IMG/VR virus record: IMGVR_UViG_3300047496_000334
Location: 2,106 to 66,105 of that record
From: a virus
Taxonomy: Duplodnaviria; Caudoviricetes
DNA length: 64,000 nt
Direction: 5' to 3' (one strand)
The position numbers and the translations under genes were made by a program. This document shows, piece after piece, positions 37,232-46,403 of this stretch (the first letter of the stretch is position 1; the number at the start of each line of letters is the position of its first letter). A model generated the notes under the pieces. The model was not told the DNA's origin and ran no database searches. It saw only the letters and a program-made list of their open reading frames with translations.

Positions 37232-37825
37232 TTATTCAGGCACGGACACAGCAGCAGGATTGCCGCCTTGTAGTTTTTCCTCAAAGCCACGTTCAAGCAC
37301 AAATCTTTTTCCGGGAATATCCTTATGTTCCGACGTCATTCCCATTTCAGCCATCTTGTCCTGGACAAGAGCGCCAGCCTTGCGACCTTCTTCTTTTTTA
37401 GCCGCATCGCTCATAGTTTTGGGCCGATACATGAGAACCAGACCTTCATATTCAAATATGTCGCCCGTGACAAAAGAGGCAAAATGCTCTGCAAATCCAT
37501 CAGAATTGCTGGGAAGAAAACGCCACCCGGCGCGCCATACTTCCGCGCTATGCTTTTTATCGGCTTTATTTAAAACGCTGGAGCGCTTCCATTCAATGGC
37601 AATGCCATCGGGGATAAGCTCTTTAGGGACATATAAAAAGTCCTTAGCCTCATCCACTTCACGTTTAATTCCAGAAAAATCCGCAAGTGAAATAGCCTTA
37701 CGCGGCACAGAAGCTGTGCTTATTTCTGCCTCCGGAAGCGGTTTGCCGCGATGGACTGCCAGCGCATCAGGCGCTTGTGTTGCTTGCTGACCCCAAGGCT
37801 TGGCTGCTGTCGGAATATCTACCAT
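37232..37825 (-). CDS. conserved head-module protein
   Basis: IPDG...EWKR, GW, GLVLM.RP motifs; follows scaffold. Confidence 0.7.
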   Translation of the reverse strand: MVDIPTAAKPWGQQATQAPDALAVHRGKPLPEAEISTASVPRKAISLADFSGIKREVDEAKDFLYVPKELIPDGIAIEWKRSSVLNKADKKHSAEVWRAGWRFLPSNSDGFAEHFASFVTGDIFEYEGLVLMYRPKTMSDAAKKEEGRKAGALVQDKMAEMGMTSEHKDIPGKRFVLERGFEEKLQGGNPAAVSVPE

Positions 37826-38853
37826 TATATTTTCTCCCCGTTAGCGCGTTTATCTTTAATTTCTAACTGACGAGCTGCATAGCGCTTGTACGCCTCTCCA
37901 TCAGAAAGCTTGAACATTGAATTTTTGCCGTAAATCTTAATAGCCTGTTCACGCATATTGCCGTCAAGCTTAAAGGTTCTTCGCCCTGTGCGCTGTTCCT
38001 CGGCAGCATTACCGCCGCGCGCACCAGCTCCGGTCGAATCATGGCTGGCAGGGGCTGCCATCGAAGTCCCGGAGGCGGTTTTACGCACGGATGCAACAAC
38101 GGTGGAAGAAGAATTTTCATCGTCATATCCAGCTTCAGCTAAAGCTGAATTTATGCGGCGAAAATACTCGGAACTATCCGCAGGAACCCCATCTTCAATA
38201 GCATCTTCATGGGCTGCCACTGCAATGCGCTTATATTTTTTATCCGTATTAAATTTAGGATGGGAGTCGACCCATTCACGCGCTTTTGGACTCATGTCAT
38301 CATTGGCAGTCTTAACTTGCGGCTTATTTTTCTCTTTTTCTTTCCAGTTGTCAAAATGGGCCTTGGCTCCCTCTGCGCCTTTTTGCTTATAGACAGCTTC
38401 AGCCAGCTTCTTTTGCAGTGCAATTTGCTCTTTAGCGGGTTTGCCCGTATCAATGGCCTCTTCAAGCGCGCGTTCCGCATTTTCCACTTCAGCTTTGGCG
38501 GTTTCTACGCGATTTAAAATAGCAGCTTCCTGCGCCACCACTTTTTCGCTTTCAGCTTTTGTCAGCGTGTCCCTCGTGGCATTAACCTGAGCGCGGGCAG
38601 TATCACGCTCCCGTTCTGCCGCTAAGCGACGCTCTTTTTCGTCTGCCAATGCCCTTTCGGCAGATTCCTGATTTTTGCGCAATTCTGCAATCGGATCATC
38701 CTTGGGCTTTCTGGCAGTATTCGCGCCAATAGGCGTACCTTCCGGCTCACCGGCATGTTCAATAACAACATCTTCAGGCTTAACCTGTGGCGATGACATT
38801 ATGACAGTATTGTTTTCAGCTAATTTAGACTCGTCTTTGGGAACTTCTACCAT
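37825..38853 (-). CDS. capsid scaffolding protein
   Basis: long acidic coiled coil, A.EW...HP.F, A...H......G....S.EYF..I, C-terminal YA. Confidence 0.75.
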   Translation of the reverse strand: MVEVPKDESKLAENNTVIMSSPQVKPEDVVIEHAGEPEGTPIGANTARKPKDDPIAELRKNQESAERALADEKERRLAAERERDTARAQVNATRDTLTKAESEKVVAQEAAILNRVETAKAEVENAERALEEAIDTGKPAKEQIALQKKLAEAVYKQKGAEGAKAHFDNWKEKEKNKPQVKTANDDMSPKAREWVDSHPKFNTDKKYKRIAVAAHEDAIEDGVPADSSEYFRRINSALAEAGYDDENSSSTVVASVRKTASGTSMAAPASHDSTGAGARGGNAAEEQRTGRRTFKLDGNMREQAIKIYGKNSMFKLSDGEAYKRYAARQLEIKDKRANGEKI

Positions 38854-38857
38854 TTTC

Positions 38858-39298
38858 TTACCATACTAAAGTTGGATCTTCGATGACCGCGTCGATATGA
38901 ATGTCCTGTAGAAATCTGCAATGAAGACCGGCAATCTCACGAGCAGAGCCATGCACCGGCCTATAGGTAATCCACTCAAGCGGCTCAGCCTTAAATCCTG
39001 CAAAGCTAGTGCTTGCATCGTCTTTAAATGCAGCAGCGCCAATTTTTAACACTAAGCCAGCCGCTCCTTGAAATTTATCCTCTTCCATGGACGCATCGGT
39101 ACGATAAAGACCGCCTTCAGTCTTTTCAGGCTGACGATAAGTTGCAACCAGCATTTTATCAGCCGATAAGCGGACACTATCCAGATATGGAGATATAAAA
39201 TCAAGAATAGCCTTATGTGGATTGGCTGAGTATTCATTGGTTTTATGAATATTCTTCCCATAATTATCACGCTCACGTCGATTGGCAAAGTCAGGCAT
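38858..39298 (-). CDS. GroES-like co-chaperonin
   Basis: mobile-loop-like EKTEGGLY, G.VL..G..AFKD, R.L.D..I.AVI. Confidence 0.75.
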   Translation of the reverse strand: MPDFANRRERDNYGKNIHKTNEYSANPHKAILDFISPYLDSVRLSADKMLVATYRQPEKTEGGLYRTDASMEEDKFQGAAGLVLKIGAAAFKDDASTSFAGFKAEPLEWITYRPVHGSAREIAGLHCRFLQDIHIDAVIEDPTLVW

Positions 39299-39479
39299 CG
39301 TTTAATTTCCTTTCAATTTCCTGAGACCATGTAAGAACTTCTTTTAACGCCATAAGAAATCCGCGCTGAATTCCGTTTTCATGCGGATCGCCATTACGCA
39401 TATTGACAAAATTGTCACCACGCTCAAGAGCCTCTTCCTTGATGCGGTTTTCCAGAATATCTCTAAATTTAGAACTCAT
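39291..39479 (-). CDS. hypothetical protein
   Basis: 62 aa helical ORF upstream of GroES-like gene. Confidence 0.65.
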   Translation of the reverse strand: MSSKFRDILENRIKEEALERGDNFVNMRNGDPHENGIQRGFLMALKEVLTWSQEIERKLNDA

Positions 39480-39620
39480 TCATCTCCATTCGGAGATATC
39501 AAAATTCATCAACATTGCATTGATGAAACCGGGCCAGCCGGGCGATTATCGCTTTAATATCTCTACTTTATGCTTTGCAGTATGCAGTTCGTAGAAAAAT
39601 CTTAGCCCTTTACATTAATA

Positions 39621-40229
39621 TTAAGGAGCAGCCTCAGCATTGTTACGTTTTTCCAGCCTTCCCTTACCGCCGCCAGCGCCAAATTGCATTTTAGAGACCT
39701 TACCGCCCTTGGCGCGCATCGGCATACCAGCACCCGGAGGCAATGGAGTGCCTGGCCCCATCGGAGGCGGACCGCCTGCACCCGGAGGCGGCATTGCAGG
39801 GCGCGGAGCTGGCATCGGAGCAGCCATAGCAGGCGCAGGGGCTGCAATTGGACCGCCAGAAGCAGGCTGTGGACCATGGCCTCCCACAATAACATTAATC
39901 TGAGTCTTGCCCTTAGCTTTCACCTTGCCGCCCTTGGCAAATTTTTCTTTGCCAGCAGGGAATGGCTGCGTTGTATTGGCGTCACCCTTAGCAGTCTGAC
40001 GGCTGATTTTATCAAGACGCTTTTTGGGCATTCCGCCATGGACAAAGCCACCTTCAGCCTTCTTTTCCTTCAAATCCTTTTTTTTTACCATTTTTTTGAT
40101 GAGCTTTTTGTCTTCTGCCTCATCCTTATGAACGGCGCCACCTTTTGCATAGGTGCCAATTTTAGTGGAATATCCAGCCTGCTTCAAAATGCGATGTGCA
40201 TTTTCCCGCTTATGTTCATCATGTTTCAT
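39621..40229 (-). CDS. Lys/Pro/Gly-rich protein with AKGG repeats
   Basis: YAKGGAV, H.DEAEDKKLIKKM, AEGG, FAKGGKV, RAKGGKV, GAGGG.GRLEK. Confidence 0.75.
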   Translation of the reverse strand: MKHDEHKRENAHRILKQAGYSTKIGTYAKGGAVHKDEAEDKKLIKKMVKKKDLKEKKAEGGFVHGGMPKKRLDKISRQTAKGDANTTQPFPAGKEKFAKGGKVKAKGKTQINVIVGGHGPQPASGGPIAAPAPAMAAPMPAPRPAMPPPGAGGPPPMGPGTPLPPGAGMPMRAKGGKVSKMQFGAGGGKGRLEKRNNAEAAP

Positions 40230-40657
40230 AAGCAAAGCCTTTTAATAATAGTTTTCATTTTCAAAGCATATGACTCGCATTCAGAAACAAGTTCCTGATT
40301 GTCTTCTTTAGATCCATAGTGCGCCAGAAGAACAAGAATCGAATTGGCAATATGAATTTTTTCCCTGATTTTATCTTCTTTATGAGAGCGCAGACTGTCC
40401 ACTGTCTGTAACGGCGGTAAATCCGCAATATCAAGAAAGGAAAAAGAAAGATTGAGCGCCCAATTTAAAAAATCACCGCTGGAAACTGCCTCTGCAACAG
40501 CAGGGGGCAAAATATAAGATACAGCCTCAGAAGAAACGGTCACTGAGGCCGAAGATTGAGGTTCAGAAAGGCCCTGTATCTCTTGCTCAAGATTATTAGC
40601 AGCAACATGAGCAGATGATAGTGCATCGTCTTCTGAATTGAGATTTTCATTTTTCAT
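40226..40657 (-). CDS. hypothetical protein
   Basis: 143 aa ORF between portal and AKGG protein. Confidence 0.55.
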   Translation of the reverse strand: MKNENLNSEDDALSSAHVAANNLEQEIQGLSEPQSSASVTVSSEAVSYILPPAVAEAVSSGDFLNWALNLSFSFLDIADLPPLQTVDSLRSHKEDKIREKIHIANSILVLLAHYGSKEDNQELVSECESYALKMKTIIKRLCL

Positions 40658-40674
40658 ATTTCAATATAATACCA

Positions 40675-42816
40675 TTATTCTGCTGGAGCCTCAAGCGGCT
40701 TTTGCGCCTGCTGAACCCTGTCCTGCTCTGCATTATGCAAATCAGCGCCCACTTTCAGCTTCGCCTCTTCAAGCTTCATCTGTTCAATTCTTTCGCGTGA
40801 ATCGCGGTCAGCCTGAGCACTCTGATCTTCCATTTGCTGCTCATTTTCACGCGCCTGCGTTTCCATAATCGCTGTTGCCGCCTCACGCTGCTCTTGCTTG
40901 GCCTTAACCTGAACAAGCGCCATTTTAGACGGGTCGGGAGGAGGGGGCGGAGGAGGTTGTGGGGGCGGAGCGGGCGGATTAATAGCGCCTTGAGAAGGAT
41001 AGCCAAGGGTAGAAAGAATAATCTCCAAAGCCCATGTTTTATTAAGCTCAGGTTCAAAGATATTAACCAGCTGAGAAAGAGCAGTCGCCATCATCACGCG
41101 ATGGACATGAGACGGAACATTGGGATCTGAAACTGGCACCAAGTCCAAGTCGTTAAACTCTTCGGCTTCTTCCCATTTACGACGCGGATTTTTAGCATAG
41201 CGCGAAAGAGCGGTCGGATCTTCAGCAAACAATTCCTTGAGCTTCTCAAATTCTTCCTGCTGCGAAGAATGGTTCTGCTTATGAAGCGCGGCCATGGGCT
41301 TAGTAGCCTGCTCAATTAACGCCATCATAGTTCCCACCGGGACATCCGCGCGACCTTCACCCACTTGCACCTGAGCCGTCATGGCAAGGCGACGCGCATT
41401 ATCAGATACATTCTTAGCTAGTGTCATCAAAACCTGACTAGGTTCCTTGTAGGGAAGCGCCATCACCACATCAGTAATTTTCATGCCACCGGTTTTTATG
41501 GTTTTCATGCCGCCCGGATTTACCCGGATTTGCGTAGTCTCTTGCCGCCCTCCAACATCAGATGACAGCAATCCCGGAAAGTTGGCGAATTGTCCGGCAT
41601 CAAGTAGCTGTCGGCCAAGAGCTGTAAGGGCTCGCGCAGTATTTCCAAGAATGTGTATGAAACCATAGTGGTAAAATCCGAGCCCAGGAATGAACCCGTA
41701 ATGGACAAAGCGGATGATGGGAGTAAAATCTTCATCATCTTCCCTCCAGTTGCGCCTGATTTCCAAGATTTCACGGCTATCCTTGTCAATAGTTATGCGA
41801 TAAGGCAATGGCAAGCCGTCCGGCGCGCCGGGCTCATAAAAGCCATATTCAGATAAATCAACTTCAACATAGCTTTCATAGACTGTATGTCGCTCGTCCT
41901 CATAACGAGGCTGAGGCATAATGCCTTCAATCTTCTTAATCTTGCGTTCAGTTGTGGTCGGCTGCTCATGCGGATGAACCAGGTCTACGTCACGATACAC
42001 ACCGGCAAGCATCATGCGCTTCATAACCGAAGGCCGCAGGGCGGTTTTATGTGTCATGCGCCCGCAATTGGCAAGACTTACTGTGTCATTCGATACAATA
42101 AAATCCTGCATTGATACATAATCTGAAACGGGAGCCTTGCGAATAGGACAACGATATATCTTTTTAAAACCATTCCCGCAAAAACCCTGAGCAAATAACA
42201 TACGACGTGTATCGGGGTAATATTCCTTGCGCACCGATGTAAGATAGTAATTCATGTCGTTTTCAAGATCATCCGCAAGGCGAAGGCGATCATCCGTTAT
42301 GTCACGCGTATAATCCTTAACCTTGACTGGCCCGGTAGATGGCAATAATTCGGCGCTGGTAGTGCATTGGTAATTAATAACCGCCTCAAGAAGAGTGGAG
42401 TCGTAAGTTTTGGACACCGTCCCCTCAGCAGTTGCCTCACTTGAGGCCTCTTCAAGCGTCAGGCCAAGCAGATCAATGCCGCGATCATACGTCTTTTCAA
42501 GCTGAGCGCGTGTTTCAATATCATTATTGATACCGCGAAGAATATCATCGCATAAACCGGACAATTCATAGTCATTGACCTTTTCAGCAAGATTGGCAGA
42601 AAAAGATGTGTCTTTCGCAGCCATTTTTTTTCTGGCATCAAAGTCCACCTCGACATCACCATTTTCAGACACAGTAATGCTTATACCTGTCAATGGATCG
42701 TAGGATGATTTTTCAGCATCCGCCGCCTCGCCATCGTCAAGCACAACATCAATGCCTGAAACAGGCGACGCAGCGGGCTCCTGATTATCAGGCAATGTAG
42801 CGGGAGAAATCGGCAT
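40675..42816 (-). CDS. portal protein
   Basis: F.ANLAE, ELLP..GPVK, G..FKKIY, LPY..TID, IRRNW, PGLGFY..G.IH..G, QLLDAG...N.P, LPYKEPS, PVGT..AL.E; start may be 42816 or 42831. Confidence 0.88.
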   Translation of the reverse strand: MPISPATLPDNQEPAASPVSGIDVVLDDGEAADAEKSSYDPLTGISITVSENGDVEVDFDARKKMAAKDTSFSANLAEKVNDYELSGLCDDILRGINNDIETRAQLEKTYDRGIDLLGLTLEEASSEATAEGTVSKTYDSTLLEAVINYQCTTSAELLPSTGPVKVKDYTRDITDDRLRLADDLENDMNYYLTSVRKEYYPDTRRMLFAQGFCGNGFKKIYRCPIRKAPVSDYVSMQDFIVSNDTVSLANCGRMTHKTALRPSVMKRMMLAGVYRDVDLVHPHEQPTTTERKIKKIEGIMPQPRYEDERHTVYESYVEVDLSEYGFYEPGAPDGLPLPYRITIDKDSREILEIRRNWREDDEDFTPIIRFVHYGFIPGLGFYHYGFIHILGNTARALTALGRQLLDAGQFANFPGLLSSDVGGRQETTQIRVNPGGMKTIKTGGMKITDVVMALPYKEPSQVLMTLAKNVSDNARRLAMTAQVQVGEGRADVPVGTMMALIEQATKPMAALHKQNHSSQQEEFEKLKELFAEDPTALSRYAKNPRRKWEEAEEFNDLDLVPVSDPNVPSHVHRVMMATALSQLVNIFEPELNKTWALEIILSTLGYPSQGAINPPAPPPQPPPPPPPDPSKMALVQVKAKQEQREAATAIMETQARENEQQMEDQSAQADRDSRERIEQMKLEEAKLKVGADLHNAEQDRVQQAQKPLEAPAE

Positions 42817-42874
42817 TTTCTCATTATACATGATTTTAGTGCCTTTTCCAGTGAAAGGACGTATAATTGGCTGC

Positions 42875-43921
42875 ATGGCAATTTCCTTCTATGACAGGGT
42901 AAAAGAGACCTCTGCAACCACTGGACTTGCCTCCATAGCTCTTGGAGGCGCCGTAACTCAGTTTCGCTCCTTTGCAAGCGTCTATTCCAATGCTGTTCAA
43001 TCTTATTACTGTGCCGCAGATCAATCCGGACCCAACTGGGAGGTGGGGATTGGGACATACCTAAGCTCAGGAAATGTCCTTGGGCGCACCTCTATTCTGG
43101 CTTCCAGCAATTCAGGCAATATCGTTAACTTTACCTCTGGCTCTCTGTTCGTATTTAACACGATTCCAGCTATAAGCGCCCCCAATTCGATAGCGGGAAG
43201 TGGCAGGAATATAGTAGTAAGGCAAGCGAGCACAACAACTGCAACAGTAACGGCTGATGAATTTATAGTAGAAAATTCGCTTGGAAGCGGAGCTGTAAAA
43301 CTAGCCAATATAAATCTTACTTTAAACGCAGGCACCAATGGAGCAAATGGGCTTGATACTGGCGCGTTGGCGGCAACTCAATTTTACTGGGTATACATTA
43401 TATACAATCCTTCTTCCAATACCCAGGCCGGATTGCTGCAAGTTGCATCTGGGTCGCCCCCTACGGTTTATAGCGGAGCACATATGCCATCCGGATATCA
43501 AATGTCAGCATTAGTAGGAATTTTAGCAACAAATGGTTCATCGCAATTTATTGTCACAACGCAAATTGACAGAGAAGTATTTTATCAATCCGCTCAAGTT
43601 GTATTCAGCAATCAGGCTAATTCAACAGGGTTCACCGCTCAAACAATTACGCAAATACCCAATGGAGCTAAAAATGCCAGCGGGTATTATGATTGCGCAC
43701 CAATACTCAGCACATTATTAGAATTAGGGGTCGCAGCAGATGCAACTGGCACAGGGGCGCAATATTCCAATCAGACCACTTCGGTGGTAACAGGATTATC
43801 ATTACTATTGCTTAATTTTAGGCAAGTGCCAGTTATTACCTCTCAATTGCTGTATATATTGGCAAGTGATTCTACCGCCTCCCCCACTAATTCATTAGCA
43901 ATACAAAGTTTTACTTTTTAA
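42875..43921 (+). CDS. tail fiber-like protein (inverted orientation)
   Basis: DRVKETS.TTG, WEVG.GTY, L.R...L.SSN N-terminal domain; G.NGLDTGAL....Y..Y.I.NP domain. Confidence 0.75.
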   Translation: MAISFYDRVKETSATTGLASIALGGAVTQFRSFASVYSNAVQSYYCAADQSGPNWEVGIGTYLSSGNVLGRTSILASSNSGNIVNFTSGSLFVFNTIPAISAPNSIAGSGRNIVVRQASTTTATVTADEFIVENSLGSGAVKLANINLTLNAGTNGANGLDTGALAATQFYWVYIIYNPSSNTQAGLLQVASGSPPTVYSGAHMPSGYQMSALVGILATNGSSQFIVTTQIDREVFYQSAQVVFSNQANSTGFTAQTITQIPNGAKNASGYYDCAPILSTLLELGVAADATGTGAQYSNQTTSVVTGLSLLLLNFRQVPVITSQLLYILASDSTASPTNSLAIQSFTF

Positions 43922-43927
43922 TATAAA

Positions 43928-44383
43928 ATGCTTGGCTTCACCGCAATATCGGAAGATCCCATTGATGCTCTGAATGCGAACATTCAGCAATCTATAGCTA
44001 CATGGATGGCATCAGCTTCATTTTCTGCCGCAGGAAAGCTTACAGAAAAAACCATTGCAACATGGTCCGGACACTCTGCATTCTCTGCGCAAGGAAAGGC
44101 ACTGGAAAAAGGCGTGGCAGCGTGGACAGCGTCCGGAACATTTAATCCCAAGGGGGCAATCGCAAGAAAGTCTCAAGCCACATGGCTTGCCCATACAACT
44201 TTTTTAAGTAAAAGCCCCTCACTCAGGGCAAGCAAAGTAAACTGGAAGTCTGGCATCGTCTTTCAGGCTGTCGGATCTTCCAAAATGGGGAAAATAGGCT
44301 ATCCATTCCCCGCTCAACATCTTCTTGGCGATCCATTTCCTAAAAAAATACGTCCACTTTACCAAAGAATGCGAATTCAATAA
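43928..44383 (+). CDS. structural protein with short internal repeats
   Basis: MLGF.AIS..PI N-terminus; repeated A.W.....F...G units. Confidence 0.65.
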   Translation: MLGFTAISEDPIDALNANIQQSIATWMASASFSAAGKLTEKTIATWSGHSAFSAQGKALEKGVAAWTASGTFNPKGAIARKSQATWLAHTTFLSKSPSLRASKVNWKSGIVFQAVGSSKMGKIGYPFPAQHLLGDPFPKKIRPLYQRMRIQ

Positions 44384-44616
44384 CCTGAAAGCACCTGGAC
44401 AAGAAAATTACGCTGATCCCGGCTTGCATGGCACCTGTTTTCATCATGTTGAAGCAATATTTCCAACTCAGACAAACGCTTTTTACATGCGACAACCTGC
44501 TCTGGGTCATTTTTTAAACGATCCATAAGGTCGCTACGCCCGAAAGGAGTTGTTAGGTAGAATTTCTGGTACAAATCCGACTTTTGATCGGGAACATTTA
44601 ATTTATTATATGCCAT
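44377..44616 (-). CDS. hypothetical protein
   Basis: 79 aa ORF. Confidence 0.45.
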   Translation of the reverse strand: MAYNKLNVPDQKSDLYQKFYLTTPFGRSDLMDRLKNDPEQVVACKKRLSELEILLQHDENRCHASRDQRNFLVQVLSGY

Positions 44617-44785
44617 AGTCAATCTTAGCTATAATTTTACCATCAACTTTTACTTTGTGGTTTTTATCAATATCATCTGACCACACTTCTATCTCGGCAG
44701 GAAGGGGATATTTCTCCCTATATTGTATAGCCAAGGTCAGTCGCATAATCTTTCTATCCTTTTCTTCACATTTGCTACACGTCAT
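44606..44785 (-). CDS. hypothetical protein
   Basis: 59 aa (MTCSKCEEKDRKIMRL...), overlaps terL stop, read manually. Confidence 0.45.
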   Translation of the reverse strand: MTCSKCEEKDRKIMRLTLAIQYREKYPLPAEIEVWSDDIDKNHKVKVDGKIIAKIDYGI

Positions 44786-46403
44786 AAATCGCCCCTTCCC
44801 TTGGTCTAAACTCTTTTATCTCTGTTTCTTCCTCATATTCATTTGTTCGCAATGCCCATCCGGTGTCACGCAGGAATTTAACTCCCTGGGTAAGCGCATC
44901 TGGCAGATCGTCATGCTTACCACGAGGGAAAATACTCATCTCATCAATACAAAGCTGCGCCCACCACCTGTCTGGTGCCGCTATTATACCATTTTCAAAT
45001 AAATTTGAAACAGCATGTACACGTGCGATCTTGTCGCCCTTCGGAGTAATACCCTGAACACCAAATTTTTCATTGCTATAAAGGCGTATTAGCTCCTGAA
45101 TAAGCGGTATGCCTGAAGCCGTCTTCTCCACAATAACCTTGTCAGCATGCATCTCGTGAGCCGTATAGGCGACAAGTTCGACAAGCCCCCATTCTTCACG
45201 GTCAAGATAATCCCTGCGCGATTCTCCCTTACGCCTTTCAGGAACTGCGCCATGAAAGCTCATTCGTTTTTGCCACGCATCCATAAGGATAATGCGCGGT
45301 TGCCCATCATCGCGGTACAGCCCCAGTACTACGCAGGCGGAATAGTCATTCGCACGCTTCTCAGTAAATGCCGGGTCAACTGATGCAATAATAAAATCCA
45401 TGACCGGATACTCAAGGGCGCGAAGCGGGTTGCCAGACTCATCAAATGCTTCACCCTGCTTAGGCCACATCTTCCACCACGATGATTTTATAATTCCGCC
45501 ACCACGCGGAGCAGGAGATTGCATATATTGTCCGGCATATGCATAACTGGACATTTCCTTATCAGATTTTAGCTTATCTACTGCAATCTGATTATAAACT
45601 TCTGGCCAAAGAAGTTCACCATCCTCTTCGCGCCAGTCTTCCCACCCTATTGATGTGATACATTTACGCCCTGAATCATATTCCATAGGGAGGCAAAGAT
45701 GCTCATACCCCATATCGCGTGACAATATAAGCCCGGAAACATCATCCTCATTGGAGCGCTGCTGAATGTTTACAAAAACAGATTCATTAGGATCAATAAC
45801 GCGGCTGGGAAGAACCTCCATATACCAGCGGTTTGTTTCATCACGCGTAGTTTTTGATTCGACATCTTTAATATTGTTAGCGTCATCAATTATAAGGCGG
45901 TTTCCGCGTTCGCCTGTGCCTGTACCGCCTACAGACGATGCAATTTTCCATCCTGTCCGGCTATTTTCCAGTTTTACCTGGTTATCTTTGGTAATTTCAA
46001 AAGAAGTACCCCAAAGCGTGCGATACAGATCTGATTTAACAAGTGTGCCAAAGCGCCCATTATCACGCTCTGTCAGGCTGGATGCATATGAAAATGTAAG
46101 ATAGCGTAAATGCGGTTTTTCTATCCACTCCCATGCAGGCCAGAAAACATTAACCACGATACTTTTGGCAAAGCCGGGGGGAATATTAATAAGCAATTTT
46201 CGTATCTCGCCGCGAGATACCGCTTCGAGATGTTCGCACATTGCGCGGATGTGGCGCGCCTCCCGAAACTCACGCCCCGGCTCCAGATACTCCCACATAA
46301 GTTTGATAAAATCATACAAGCTGCGCTCAGCACTTGCCTGATAAATAAGCCCCTTGGCAAGCATAGGATTCTGTTTAAACAGCGTTTCAATCGCTTTTGG
46401 CAT
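44775..46403 (-). CDS. terL: terminase large subunit
   Basis: INIPPGFAKS Walker A, TGERG..LIIDD Walker B, QQR...D, GQY.Q.P, S.D.A, DYSA, IVEK, FP.GKHDD..DA..Q. Confidence 0.93.
   Translation of the reverse strand: MPKAIETLFKQNPMLAKGLIYQASAERSLYDFIKLMWEYLEPGREFREARHIRAMCEHLEAVSRGEIRKLLINIPPGFAKSIVVNVFWPAWEWIEKPHLRYLTFSYASSLTERDNGRFGTLVKSDLYRTLWGTSFEITKDNQVKLENSRTGWKIASSVGGTGTGERGNRLIIDDANNIKDVESKTTRDETNRWYMEVLPSRVIDPNESVFVNIQQRSNEDDVSGLILSRDMGYEHLCLPMEYDSGRKCITSIGWEDWREEDGELLWPEVYNQIAVDKLKSDKEMSSYAYAGQYMQSPAPRGGGIIKSSWWKMWPKQGEAFDESGNPLRALEYPVMDFIIASVDPAFTEKRANDYSACVVLGLYRDDGQPRIILMDAWQKRMSFHGAVPERRKGESRRDYLDREEWGLVELVAYTAHEMHADKVIVEKTASGIPLIQELIRLYSNEKFGVQGITPKGDKIARVHAVSNLFENGIIAAPDRWWAQLCIDEMSIFPRGKHDDLPDALTQGVKFLRDTGWALRTNEYEEETEIKEFRPREGAIYDV

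Noticed and set aside
42830-44640. Invertase-driven tail-fiber switch
   Set aside because: No recombinase gene and no flanking inverted repeats found
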